Shown here: positions 11,669 through 24,004 of the stretch, one piece after another
Numbering within the stretch: position 1 is the stretch's first letter
Layout of the letters: every line of letters begins with the position of its first letter
Assembly (NCBI GenBank): GCA_001600695.1
Contig: BCKQ01000002.1
Coordinates: 1,075,184-1,139,183 of the forward strand
DNA: 64,000 nt
Direction: 5' to 3'
Source: Ascoidea asiatica JCM 7603
Lineage: Eukaryota > Fungi > Ascomycota
Made by a program: the position numbers and the translations under genes
The notes under the pieces: model-generated
Told to the model about the DNA's origin: nothing
Seen by the model: the letters and a program-made list of their open reading frames with translations, nothing else
The model's database searches: none

Positions 11669-12267
11669 ATTTAATTCTTGTAATTGTTTTTGAGATAAGA
11701 ATAAATCTGGAATTTGTTTTTTTAAATATTCTATAAAATTATCACAATCAGATTGAATAAAATAATCAATTGTATTATCCCAAGTTGTATTTGAAATTGA
11801 AGTTTTATTAATAAAAATAATTTTACCATTTCTTTCATGAATATTTTTTGAAAAAGTTTTAACTAATTTTTTAATACCATCAACTTTTAAAGAAGTACCA
11901 AAAATTAATAATAAATCTGGTTTTGATTTTAAATCAATATTTAAACCATTAGTGATATATTCAGAATTTGGATGATTTTCACCATATAAAACAATATTTG
12001 GTCTTAATATTCCAATATTACCTGTAGATCTTTTACCTTGTAAAATTCTTTTATTATATTTATTTAAACACATTGGACATTCAGGAGTTTCACCATTTGA
12101 TAAAATTAATTTATAATTATTTGTCCAATTAAAAGATTTAAAACATGAAGTACATGATAAAGTATTTAAATCTCCATGAAGTTGAATAACATCATAATTT
12201 TTCCAAAGTTTTCTAAAATTTAAACAATTATTAATATTATTAATATTATTAGTATCATTTTTATCAA

Positions 12268-12303
<36 letters not shown>

Positions 12304-12899
12304 CTGTATTATCATTGATTCCAATATTAAGACCAATTTTATTTTCAAGTCCATCAATATTTTGTGTATAACATCTTAATAATTTATTATGTTTTTTTAA
12401 AGAATTTAAAAATTTATGAGTTTCAGTTGGATGAGCATTAAGTGTAGATGAATATAAAGATTCCATAAAAGTACAAAATACTTTAAGTGTTTCTTCACTT
12501 CTAAATAAAGAAATATCAAATAAATCTTTTCCTTTAACTACAGCATTTGGATGTTTTTCTTTAACCATATTATAAAGTCCATCAGTTGAACGAAAATCCT
12601 ATTTGAAAATTAAAAAGAAAAAAAAAAAGAATATTAATTAGTAAATCATTTTCATTAAAATCTAGTATGAGAAGTACAGTTTTTGTAATTTTTTTTTTTT
12701 AAAAAACTAAAAAATTTTCTCATACAATGTAATGTGTATATTAAAAACCAATTGAAAAACTTACAGGTATGCCAGCATTACAAGATATTCCAGCCCCAGT
12801 TAAAACAGCAATTTTTTTACTTCTAGCTATAGCTTTTATAACTTCAGTAAGCTTAAGTTTAGTCTTTTGATCCGTTGAATCAAGTTTTATTTCAAACAT
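11054..12899 (-). CDS. HST3: Sirtuin (H3K56 deacetylase); exons 12899-12765 and 12598-11054
   Basis: Splicing GTAAGT..TACTAAT..TAG (12764-12599) restores LTGAGISCNAGIP|DFRSTDGLYNMVK. Also YTQNIDGLE, QLHGDL, two CxxC pairs and LRPNIVLYGE. Confidence 0.93.
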
Positions 12900-13215
12900 T
12901 TTTTTCTTCTCCTTTAAAATTATCTTTTCAATTATCTATTATCTATCAATAGTCAGTAGTAACCTTAAGAAATTTTCTAAAATTTTAAAGGGGAAACTTC
13001 CTCTTTTTGAAAAGATATATATGAAGTTTTCAAGAAAAAAAGTAAATCAGCTAAATATCTGATATAAAAGCTGTATAAGAATTCTATTGTCTTTATAGTC
13101 TAATCTATGTTATATTTGATTTTGTTTCTGATGAAAAGAGTAGTAATGGTTAAAGAAGAGTTGGAAGGAAGTAGGGAATTCGTTTTTATATATACTTTTG
13201 GGTAGCAGTGGTTTG

Positions 13216-13239
13216 TTGTTTACCTGTTTCCGCATTGGG
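13216..13239 (-). promoter_or_regulatory. Composite Mcm1-Fkh (CLB2-cluster type) element upstream of HST3
   Basis: Minus strand reads CC-CAATGC-GG-AAA-CAG-GTAAACAA. Confidence 0.65.
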
Positions 13240-13775
13240 CGCTGTCTGCCAGAGCTCCAAACACGCCTGCCATCCGACATCCTCACACCAACTCCCAAAC
13301 ACCCAAACACCCAGGCAGTTCGTGCTTTTTTGTGACCAGATACAAGAAACGCCAAAAAAAACACTGTTTTTTCTGTTTTCTGATCAGTCTGAAAACAAAA
13401 ACAGTCAGTGTCAGTGTCAGTGTCAGTGTCAGAGATTGTTTTAGAACTTGGGTAATTGATCATCACAATGTAGTTTATTTGTCTAGAAAAAGTTGAAGAG
13501 GAAAAGTGATCAGTAGGATCAAGTTAAATAGAACCAAATGAAGAATGGTAATAGGAATAATAAAAGTAAAAGTAATAATAATAAAATGACAAATAAAATT
13601 AAATTCAAAAAAATTCACGAAGGTAAAAAAAAAAACAAAGAAGGTAGATAGATAGATAGATTTATAGAGAAAAAATTATTTAAAAAAATAGTTTTACAAA
13701 AAAATTGAACTGAAATATAAAAAAAAATGGGAAAAAAGGAAAGAAAGTAAATAGAGCATTATTTAGTTAGTTTAG

Positions 13776-15736
13776 TTAGTTACCTTGACTATTTACAGCT
13801 AATTCCATTATTAATCTAGTTGCAAGATGAAGAAAAGGGTATGCAGAAAAACTTGAAACTTCATCATCTAAACTTAATTTTAAATTTTTATTTGTACTTG
13901 ATTCCCATCCATCAAATTTAAAATCAACTAAATAATTATTTGGTTCTAATTGAAATAATTGAATTTGCATTTTCATTAAATCTGGAATTAATTTATCTGA
14001 TGCTGTTGTTGTAGTTGATGCTGATACTGATGCTGATGTTGATTCATTACTTTGATTTGATGATGGTTCATATTTCCATCTTACTCTTATAGTCCATAAT
14101 TCATCTTCATTAGGTTTTGCCCATTCTGCACCTAAATTTTTTAAAGCTCTATATATTTCACCCATAACATCTAATGGATAAGATTTTGACCTTATACCAA
14201 AATGCCAACGTGTTGGTCTACTTTTTTTTGAACTAACTTTTCCAGCTATATTTGGATCTGTTGAATTTGCCATCATCATTCTATGATTTCTTGGTATTGA
14301 TGTTGGTAAAATTTTTACACTTGAAGGTCGCAGAGAAATTTCATTTGGTGCATCAAGATTATCTTGAGTTTCATCTTGAGGTTTATTTTTTAAATTATTT
14401 AAAGGATTTGAACCTATTGATAAATTATTTGCATTATTTGATGTCCATGATGATAAAGATTGTATATTTGGATCTAAATCATTATTTGAATCATTTGATT
14501 TTTTAAAATCATCAACTAAACTTCTATTTTCTTTCATTAATTCATATGCATCTTTAATTTCATTTTTACCAGGTAAATTACTTTTTAAAACATCATAAAC
14601 TTCATTCATATCATATCCCATAGTTTTTGCTAAAGCTTTAACAATATCATCATCAATTTCACCTCTTGAATGAGAATCTGAATCATTAATTTTTAAATAT
14701 TCTGGTAAATTAACTTTAAACCATTCATGTTCCATAATTTCTTGAGTTGTAATTCTATTAAGTGGATCAACAACTAACATTTTATGTAATAAATCTTTTG
14801 CTCCATCACTTAAAAATGGTGGTACTGTAAATATACCACTACTAATTTTTTTAAATAATGCAGGTATAAATTCATCATCAAATGGTAATCTACCACATAA
14901 CATAACATATAATATTACACCACAACTCCAAACATCAACTTCAGGTCCTGCATATAATTTTCCAGATATAACTTCAGGTGCTGCATAATTTGGTGAACCA
15001 CAACTTGTTTTTAAAAAATTTCCATCTGTCATAATATTACTTAAACCAAAATCTGCAATTTTAACATATAATTTACTATCTAATAATAAATTTTCTGGTT
15101 TTAAATCTCTATGAACAATTTTATGTCTATGACAATATTGAACAGCAGCAATAATTTGTTGAAAAAATCTTCTTGCTTCATTTTCTGGCATTTTACCTCT
15201 TTGAACAATATATTCAAATAATTCTTTACCTGCATAATCTATAACCATAATAATTTCATCTTTTGATTTAATTACATCAAATAATTTTATTATATGAGGA
15301 TGAGTTAATAATCTTAAATAACTAATTTCTCTTTCAACTCTACCTTGCATATCAGCTTTTGCTAAAGTTTTTCTATTTATAATTTTTAAAGCAACTCTTT
15401 GACCAGTTTTTAAATGATAAGCTAATTTTACTTTACCAAAAGATCCTTCACCAAGAGTTGTTAATATTTGATATTTACCAATTCTTAAAACTGGATTACC
15501 AATTAATTGTAATTGTAAAGGATCTAAAGATTCTGGACATGATGATGGATCTTTAGCTATCTGTTCAAATTGTCTTTGTAAATGAATAATAAATTGTTGT
15601 TGATCAGTAGAAAATGGAATTTTTTGAATCAATTGTTGTTGAAGCTGTCTTAATTGTAAGTGAAGTTGTTGTTGTTGTTGCTGCTGTTGCTGCTGTTGCT
15701 GCTGTTGCTGCTGTTGCTGCTGTAATTGCTGTTGTA

Positions 15737-15769
<33 letters not shown>

Positions 15770-15812
15770 GCTGTTGATTAGCTAATGCGGCTTGATCATA
15801 TTGACTTGACAT
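13776..15812 (-). CDS. SNF1: AMP-activated protein kinase catalytic subunit
   Basis: LGEGSFGKVK, HRDLKPEN, DFGLSNIMTDGNFLKTSCGSPNYAAPE, WHFGIRS and the C-terminal FSAYPFLHLATRLIMELAVNS. Confidence 0.98.
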
Positions 15813-17560
15813 CTTTACTTGTATTATTGTATTCGAGAATTATTGAGCGTTAAAATATTAAGACTTTTCTTAATCTTTGAAATGATATTTAAGGGAATAT
15901 ATAAATAAATTTTATTATGATCTTAAATTTTTAATGAATTAAAAATCTTTTTGTTTTTTTGCCTGATAGAAAATTATGGAAGTTTTTTAAATTAATGATT
16001 TTTAAGAAATAGAAATGATAAGAAAATCTTTAAATAAGGAACGATTGAAACCTGTTAAAAACAAAAAAAGAGTTAAGAGTCAAAGTTTTACTTCTATGGG
16101 GTTAATAAAGAATATGAATATAATTGGAGTTGATTGTTTGGATTTTATTTCAATTGAAATAATGTATTTTATTATCCTATTAATTTATTTTATCCTTTTT
16201 ATTATCTATCTTATTAACCTTCTTTTAATCCTCAAGGTGTTTCTGTTTTTGCCCTTTTGCTCTTTTGCCTGCTGTGCTTCTTTGTTTCAATTCCATAAGT
16301 AATCTTAGATTGTCACATGAAGAACCGTGGAAATGGCACCGGATTCAAATCCGCTTGATTCATTTCAGTCCACAATTATTTCAAGTTTTGAAGGATTCGC
16401 CTCCGTTGCAAAAGTGCGTGTCTTTTTTTAAGTAACTTTTGTACGCACAACGCATCAGAATATGTTTCCCCGGGTTGCTTTGGCGTAACATGCTTTGGCG
16501 CAACAATATTGCAGCGTGCAAATTGCGTACTGCGAGAGTTCATGCATTTCTTAATTTCGTTTTTGTGGCTGGTGAAAAATGCGCGCAAATTTTAGACTTT
16601 ATCTGGATCTCAAAAGGACCTCCCTAGCGCTACAAGAATTGCATTGTTAATAATCTTCTGATTTACGGGTTTTTTTTCCAAATTTAAGGGTTTTAATGAT
16701 TTTTCAAACTGGACATAAACAAACCCCTAGGTTTTTGTAAAAAAACTTAACATTTTTCGTTAATTAAAAGATTATCTATATATTCATCATAACAGTTTTA
16801 TAAAATATTGAGCGAATATCAGCTTGGTAAATCTGGAACGATATTAAAAAGCTGATTTTTTATAATGCAACTGATGAAGAAAAGGTTTAATAAAGACAGT
16901 AGTGAATGAAAATAAAAGAATGAAAAATTATAAATGTCTCTAAACTTTTTTCACAAAATAACTCAATTATTTTGCTGATGATAGGTAAAGAAACAAATAT
17001 AAATAAATAAAACAAAAAAGAAAAATAACAGAAAGTTGAAATGAAAACAGAAACAGAAACAGAATGTTGAAAAACTAAGGTAAAATAATAAATGCAATTT
17101 ATAATTTTCATTGAATAACTTCAATTAAATTATCTGAGTGAATTTTGAAGATTGAAACTTTTTGAAAGAAAAAAAATTTAAAAAGTAAAATAAAAAGTAG
17201 AGATTCTTATAATAATTTGTTGATCTTTTTTTTTTTTTGAGATTTTAAAAATTTTTTATATTTTTTTTTTTCATTAAATAAATTTCAAGAATATCTAGCA
17301 ATAAATTTCAAAAAAATTGGTCTAAGCGATTGAAAATAAAAAAAGAAGAAAAAAAAAGTAATAAGAAAAAAAGAGAATTAGAAGCAAAAAAAAATTTTTT
17401 TTTTTAAATAATTTTAACAGATTTGAAGAAATGAAAACTAAAGTAAATCAAGTATTAAGAAAATAAGAAAATATTAGTAAAATAGAGAAAAAACATTAAA
17501 GTGATTGAAAAAAGAATTAAATGAGCAAAAGAAGAATTAAAAATAGAATAAAGAATTATT

Positions 17561-19678
17561 TTAAACTAAATATTGTAAAAAACTAGTATTTGAATCAGTG
17601 TACTTGAATAATTCCACCATTTTAAAACCAACTTCAAAAGGAACTTCTTGAGTGTCTCTTGAATTTGTAATAGATTTATTGAAATTATTAATTAATTTCA
17701 AATTTTTAAAATATTTAAAACCTAAATCTTTGATAAATATGAAATTAATTTTGAAAATTCCTTTATATTTATGAGATTCATACCAAATATTTTCTTTTGA
17801 ATTATTATCATTTTGATCATAAATAACATTTGATAACATTTGTGCAATACCACAAAATTTACCAGAAGCATTAACAGAAAATAATAAAAAAACTGGACAT
17901 CCAGTAATAAAAGCATTATTTAATCTTTTATTACCAAGATCAGTTGAAGACCAAACATTATTAATAAAAGCTTGTTGAACATCATATAAATTGAAAGATT
18001 TAATAACAAAGAACTTAGCATTAGATTGAATTTGAAAGGAATATGGTGAAAGAATCCAATTAGAAAAGTTATTTGTAGATGTAGTAGAATTATTTGTTGA
18101 AATCTTTAAAGTGGTATCATTGATAGCATTAGTTTTATTATAATTGATATTAGCATTCATATTCAAATTTGTATTTGTATTCATAATTTGATTAGAGTAA
18201 CCATTATTGATACTAATATTATTCAAATTAGAGGTTGAATTAATTCCATTATAACCTTGAATAGGTGAATAAACAGGAGAAGATTCACCATTAGGATTAA
18301 GATTATTAACAAGATAAGTTGTAGTTAAATTATTAGAATTAGTTACATTATTAAATTGAGAAGATGTTGAATAATTATTAGTATCAGATTGACCACTATT
18401 TACTGAATTCAAAGAAGAAATTGAAATATTTGGATTTTGAAAAACTGAATTTTGATTTTGAGAATACGTTGGATTATTTAAAGAATAGAAATTTGAAGAG
18501 TTTGAGTTTGAGTTTGAGTTTAAGTTAAAATTAGAATTTGATTGAAAAGTTGGACTTGGGACTGAATCATTGATTGGATTAAAAGAAGATGTAGTTGTGT
18601 TGAAAGTTTGGGCGGCGGTTGAGTTATTTGAACTATTAACGTTATTAAAATAATCTGGACTTAAATTAGACTTTCTGTTGATATTATTGTTGTTATTATT
18701 ATTGGTAGTAGTTGTATTGAAACTAGAATTGATACTCAGAGAAGAGCTATTATAAGAAAGGAATTGAGATGGATTAGAAGAAATTGGAGTTAATAAAGAA
18801 GTAGATGAATTTGAAGCAGAAGTATTAGAAACTGGGGTCCAGATTAACCTTTTTAAACTGATTGGATTTAAAGATAAAGAAGAAGAATTATCATTTAACA
18901 TTGTTGAAAATTGAGAATTATTAAAACTAATAGCACTTGTAATTGAATTTATTGAAGAAAAATCATCAATTGGCAGTTTATCCATTTGATTAGAAAATGG
19001 TTGATTATTATCAAATTGATCAAAAGTGATGTTAGATAAAGATTGGGAATGTGGTTGAGGTTGAGATTGAGATTGAAGAGTCGATGAAGAACCAAATGAA
19101 TTGAGAGATTGATTTTGAATTTGGTTTTGATTATTTAAAGAGTTGTTAATATTACCAGAATAATTACAATTAATTTTTAAATTTTGGGCGCTTGAATTAT
19201 TTAATGCACAATCATTTGAATACTGAAAGTTATTAGTATTATTGTTATTGTTATTAACAATGCTGGTATTGATATTATTATTAGCGATGGTATTGTTATT
19301 ATTAAGATTATTATTATTATTACTATTATTGAAAGAGTTTGCATCAATTTCATTAATTTGAGATTGGGCGGTTGAAGTTGGTTTAACAGAACCATTTGAG
19401 AAAGATTTTGCAGAATTAGTTAAGAAATTAGTTCTATTTTTAATCATTGTATTTGTTAATTGATTTAAAGATAATAATTGAAGTAAAGGTTGTCTTTGTT
19501 GAATGATTGAAATTTGAGTTAATATACTAGCTCTTGAAGAATCATCTTTAAGTTTTGAATCTTTGGATTTTGATGAAATATTACAAGTTGGTTGAGAATT
19601 TAAAATGTTTTTCAAGTTAATTGAATTATAATAGCCTGTTGAATTATTACTAGATTGATAATTTTGATTTAAACTCAT
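17561..19678 (-). CDS. PHO92: YTH-domain m6A reader with a long N/S-rich N-terminus
   Basis: KFFVIKS..VWSSTDLGNKRL..FSVNASGKFCGIAQM..IW....Y.G.F..NSRDTQEV; aromatic cage W/W/Y intact. Confidence 0.88.
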   Translation of the reverse strand: MSLNQNYQSSNNSTGYYNSINLKNILNSQPTCNISSKSKDSKLKDDSSRASILTQISIIQQRQPLLQLLSLNQLTNTMIKNRTNFLTNSAKSFSNGSVKPTSTAQSQINEIDANSFNNSNNNNNLNNNNTIANNNINTSIVNNNNNNTNNFQYSNDCALNNSSAQNLKINCNYSGNINNSLNNQNQIQNQSLNSFGSSSTLQSQSQPQPHSQSLSNITFDQFDNNQPFSNQMDKLPIDDFSSINSITSAISFNNSQFSTMLNDNSSSLSLNPISLKRLIWTPVSNTSASNSSTSLLTPISSNPSQFLSYNSSSLSINSSFNTTTTNNNNNNNINRKSNLSPDYFNNVNSSNNSTAAQTFNTTTSSFNPINDSVPSPTFQSNSNFNLNSNSNSNSSNFYSLNNPTYSQNQNSVFQNPNISISSLNSVNSGQSDTNNYSTSSQFNNVTNSNNLTTTYLVNNLNPNGESSPVYSPIQGYNGINSTSNLNNISINNGYSNQIMNTNTNLNMNANINYNKTNAINDTTLKISTNNSTTSTNNFSNWILSPYSFQIQSNAKFFVIKSFNLYDVQQAFINNVWSSTDLGNKRLNNAFITGCPVFLLFSVNASGKFCGIAQMLSNVIYDQNDNNSKENIWYESHKYKGIFKINFIFIKDLGFKYFKNLKLINNFNKSITNSRDTQEVPFEVGFKMVELFKYTDSNTSFLQYLV

Positions 19679-21062
19679 ATTTCTTATTTGATTGAAAAGA
19701 AATTAAAAGTTAATGAAATAAGTTAAAATGAAATGAATTGAAATGAATAGATATGAAATATGGTTATATGATACGATATAATATAGTATAAAAAATTAGA
19801 AATAATATAAATTAATATATTTTGATAATGATTGAAAAATTCTGAATTAAATTTTCAGTTTCTTTCTCTTTTATTGGAATCGAGAGTATATAAATCTATT
19901 CATGAATGAAATGAAAAGAATGCGAATAGAGTAATAGATAAATAATAGATGATTACTGGATAATAATTGATACAAAGAATTGGTATCAATTGAATTAATT
20001 AATTGATAAAAAGAATAATTAAATAAAAGAAAAGGAAGAAAGAATTAAATAAAAAAGAATAAAAGAAGTAAAGAAATGAAAAAGAAGAAGAATAACAACG
20101 TATAAATATTTCACAAAATACTTGTACCGTAAGTGATTTTGAAGTGACACTGGCAAAAGGTAAACAGTGCCGGACTTGGAAGCGGGAGGACCACTGCTGC
20201 GGGTCGGGGTCGGTGCATTCTCCAATGTTGGCTGAGATTAACCTGCTGCTAGTCATAATATTATTATTATTATCAACTTTCTTTAGGATTCTCTTATGGG
20301 CGAAGATGATCTAGGCTTATTAATACTGCTATTGTTATTAAAGCTGCACTATTTTGGTTTTATCATAAGTTTCACACGCTTTTCATACTTTTCTTTCTGT
20401 AGAATTTCTTTTGCTGTGCCTGGAAATATTTTTTTTTGGATTTTGAATACTGAAAAACTGCCCTGATTTATTAATCTGGGGCCCCGCAAGAGCAGAAACA
20501 CCGGGAATTTGTTGGTGTAAGAACATGAAAAATTGTTTTAAACGGAAATGTTCCGATTATTTGAGGGTTATTTGTTGAAGTTAATTGCAATTTTGGAGAT
20601 TTATCAAATAATTGTTTTCTGTTCCAAAGGGAATATTCCAAATGCTTTTGTGGTTGCATTGTTAAGTTTTCAAACTTCTAACAAAATTTCAAACAGAATT
20701 TCGAATTGTTTGAACTTCAAACCTTTGAGAAACCATCTTTGATAGAAATATTCTTGAAACCATATGAAGGAAATGAAAATTTCAAGCAATGTTTCCCAGT
20801 CCAATAACGTTTCATTATGAATTTGAAATAAAAATCAAATATTCCCAGTTTCTTAATAAAATAAAAATTATATATTAAAAAGTCATCTCTCATTTAAAAG
20901 AATTTAGATAGCAAAAAAAGTTTAACAAAAAGAAAAACTAAAAGAAAGACTTAAATATTTAAACAAACACTCACTGAAAAAAAAGATAAGTAAAAATAAT
21001 AATTGAAAACAAAAAAAACTATAAATTATTAATTTTAGTTACTAATTATAATAATCAGATAA

Positions 21063-22468
21063 TTAAGCTGTTTGTTCAGTTAAAACAGGTTCATTATTAA
21101 TTTGTTTAACAGACATAGGACATGATTCAGATTTTGATTCTAATAATTCAGCTTTAGATTCAATTCTAGTTTCTAATCTAGTTTCAGTTACTTCTGGTTC
21201 TTCGGTTTGAACTTGAATTAAATCATCGTCATTTTCTTCTTGATCATTTGAATTATTATTTGGTTTAACTTCAACTTGTTCAGCATCTACTTCTTGTACT
21301 TCAGTAACAGTAGTTTGTTCTTTGAGAGATTTTTCATGAGCAATGATAGCTTCTCTAACTTCTTTTATTTTTGAAACAAAAGCTGGAGCTAATTTAACAG
21401 TTTTATTATTCAATTTTTTTTTAGCTAAAGCAATAAGAGCTTTTTCTTGAATTTCTTTATTTTCAACTTTAACTAAAGCTGAAACATAACTATTAAAATG
21501 AAAAGCACGTCTTCTATTATATCTACCTCTGAAAATATAAATTTCAGTTGGTTCAAATTCACCGAAAAATTCTCTAATATCAACATCTGTAGTTTTTGGA
21601 TTTAAGCGCCCAACAAAAATTGTATCTTCAGAAATTTCTTCAATATTTTCAACATTTTCAGTATTTCCAGAGTTTTCTTCTTGAGCAGGGCTATTTTCAA
21701 TTACTTCATCAATATTACCACTTCTACTTTCATTTGCACTTGCACTTGCACTTGCAGTTCCAGTTCCACTTACTGCATTTGAAGAAGGATCAGCTGAAAC
21801 TTCTTCTCTTGGTGTTTCTGAAGGAGCACTTGTTTCAGAAGGGGAAGTTTCTGGAGAAATTGGAGTACCTTTTAACTGAACATAGATAACAAATTCAAGT
21901 TAGTAAGAAAGATTTTTAAAGTTATAAAATCATAGATAAAATTTATAATAAATTCAAAAGGTAAAAATCGCACCTTATGAAATCTTGAATGTTTTTTTTT
22001 TGGTTTATAAGGAACATAAAATTTTATTCTTAATTTTCTACCATTGAATTCTTTTCCATTCATTTCTAAACAAGCTTTACTTGCATCCTCAACAGAGTTA
22101 AATTCAACATAAGCAATTCCTAATGGTCTATGTTGATGACTTTTGAAACCTCTTACAGTATGACTTGGTACTAATACAAATTTTCTTTATCAAAAACAAG
22201 CGCCGAAAAAAAAAAATTTAAAACCCATCGATTTGTTAATATAAATGTTTTTCTATTTTTTAGAATAAGTAAAAAATAAACATATTACTTACACATTATA
22301 ATCTTTGAAGTAATCCATTAAATCATCTTCGGTTGTTTTGAAATTGATATTTGTAATATAAACACGACTTGAAGGAAGTTGAGATTCAACATTATTTTCT
22401 AATGGTTCATCAATCAGAGGAGAAGGAACTTGAGGAACTTCTTTTGGAGAAACAGGTGAGTTAGACAT
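21063..22468 (-). CDS. RRT5: Two-RRM RNA-binding protein (Rrt5 family); exons 22468-22293, 22184-21974, 21875-21063
   Basis: RVYITNINFKTTEDDL..V|KFVLVPSHTVRGF..RPLGIAYVEF, then a second RRM ISEDTIFVGRL..EIYIFR..SALV. Introns 22292-22185 and 21973-21876 join three track fragments in frame. Confidence 0.8.
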
Positions 22469-22834
22469 TTTGATTTCTTTTTTTTTTTTTATAACAAAAA
22501 TATAAATAAAAACTATTACAGTTATTCTAGAATAATATAATTTTCTATATGAAAGTGATAATGAGATTCTAAAAACAAATAAAAAACAGAAAGGTATTAA
22601 GATAGAAAGAAAATAAATAAATTTAATATATCTATATTTCAATTGTTTTTGGGAGTTATCAATGGGCTTACAAGAATAAAGGGGAATCAATGAACAAATA
22701 AACAAATAAATCAAAGTGTCAAATAACAATCTTCAGTTTTGTTGGCGGTTAAAAAAACAGCGCTTAAAGACAGAAAAGAAGAAAAGAATGAGGAAAGAAC
22801 TGAGCGGACTGTGAGAAAAGGCGTGGTTTGCCAC

Positions 22835-22843
22835 TTTTGTGTC
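22835..22843 (-). promoter_or_regulatory. Ndt80 middle sporulation element (MSE) GACACAAAA upstream of RRT5
   Basis: Matches gNCRCAAAW; a second CACAAAA lies at 22955-22961. Confidence 0.6.
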
Positions 22844-23281
22844 ACTAGGAAAAACCACTTCAAATACTTCAAGATTTTATTGTTATTATTATTGTTATTG
22901 TTATTGTTGCTATTTTCTTCTTTTTTTTCCCATTAAAACCAGCTCAGTCAGTAACACAAAATCAACAGTTCATAACAGAACTTATAAATCAATCAGTAAT
23001 TTCAGGTTTTGTTGCAATTGGTCATTATATCATTTGTGGAAAATGGAAGGCTTGAAGTTCCAAGTATCGACAAACTTGGAAGATTTGGGACATTGAAATT
23101 CAATAACTGAGGATAAGATAATAATTTTTTGAGATTTATATTGGAAAAAAACACCAATGTATGAATTGGAAAATAATAAGTTTTGATAATTTATCGTATT
23201 ATATTATACATGCTTAATTGAAAATCTAAATTTAACCAAGTTTTATTATTATTATGATTATTATAAAAGATTAAACTAAAC

Positions 23282-23710
23282 TTATTTGGCAGCAGCAGCA
23301 GGTTTTTCTTTACGAGCAGCAGCTAAAGCTTTGGCAGTACCATGAAGAGCATGTTTATGATTACGTTTGAATTTAGCATCAACTCCTCTTAATGAAGGAT
23401 ATCTGTGAGTTTTGGTTTTTTTAATACCATTCTAAAAAATTTATAATAAATATATATACAAAATTATGTTAGTTTCATTTTCTTTCTTCTTTATTTTAAT
23501 AAAATTCCATTTCATTGAGTTTCCATTTCTTATTTAAAATATCTAATTTCAAAATGAATTGAAATTTCAATATTTTATTTAGAGATTTTTCTATTTCTCT
23601 CTCTTTATTTTTATCTTTCTCTTTTTCTTTTAGGAATTATTCAAATTCACACATACACGATGGGCCTTGAAGGTTTGATTATGAGCTGTATGATTCTTTG
23701 ATTTAGCCAT
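23282..23710 (-). CDS. RPL29: 60S ribosomal protein eL29; exons 23710-23657 and 23431-23282 (67 aa)
   Basis: MAKSKNHTAHNQTFKAHR|NGIKKTKTHRYPSLRGVDAKFKRNHKHALHG; intron GTATGT..AACTAAC..TAG. Absent from the ORF track. Confidence 0.97.
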
Positions 23711-23906
23711 TTTTGTTTATTGTTATTATTATTATTTATTTTATGATTAACAGTAATCTTATTAGTCCTTACTTAATAGCAATGTCTAAATTTCACTCAC
23801 TGTCTTTTCAATATATTCAATTACTTAATTCTTCGTTACTTGCAGCGTTACGTCTAATAATCAATCTTCACTAAAAATCCAAATATAATAGGTCACGTTT
23901 ATACAC

Positions 23907-24004
23907 TAAGGGCTTTATTAAGACTTTTCCTAAAAATTATTAAAAAAAAAAGCATTTACTCAACACGTGCTTTATTAAATGACTGCTTTTTTACAAAGCC
24001 CTAA
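23907..24004. promoter_or_regulatory. Tbf1 (TAAGGGCT 23907, AGCCCTAA 23997) and Cbf1 (CACGTG 23964) sites in the ribosomal-protein promoter
   Basis: Two inverted Tbf1-like motifs flank a CACGTG upstream of RPL29. Confidence 0.6.

Noticed and set aside
22289-22729. 146-aa track ORF with a hydrophobic N-terminus
   Set aside because: Only the part from ATG 22468 is RRT5 exon 1; the upstream hydrophobic stretch is T-rich leader read from a non-ATG start
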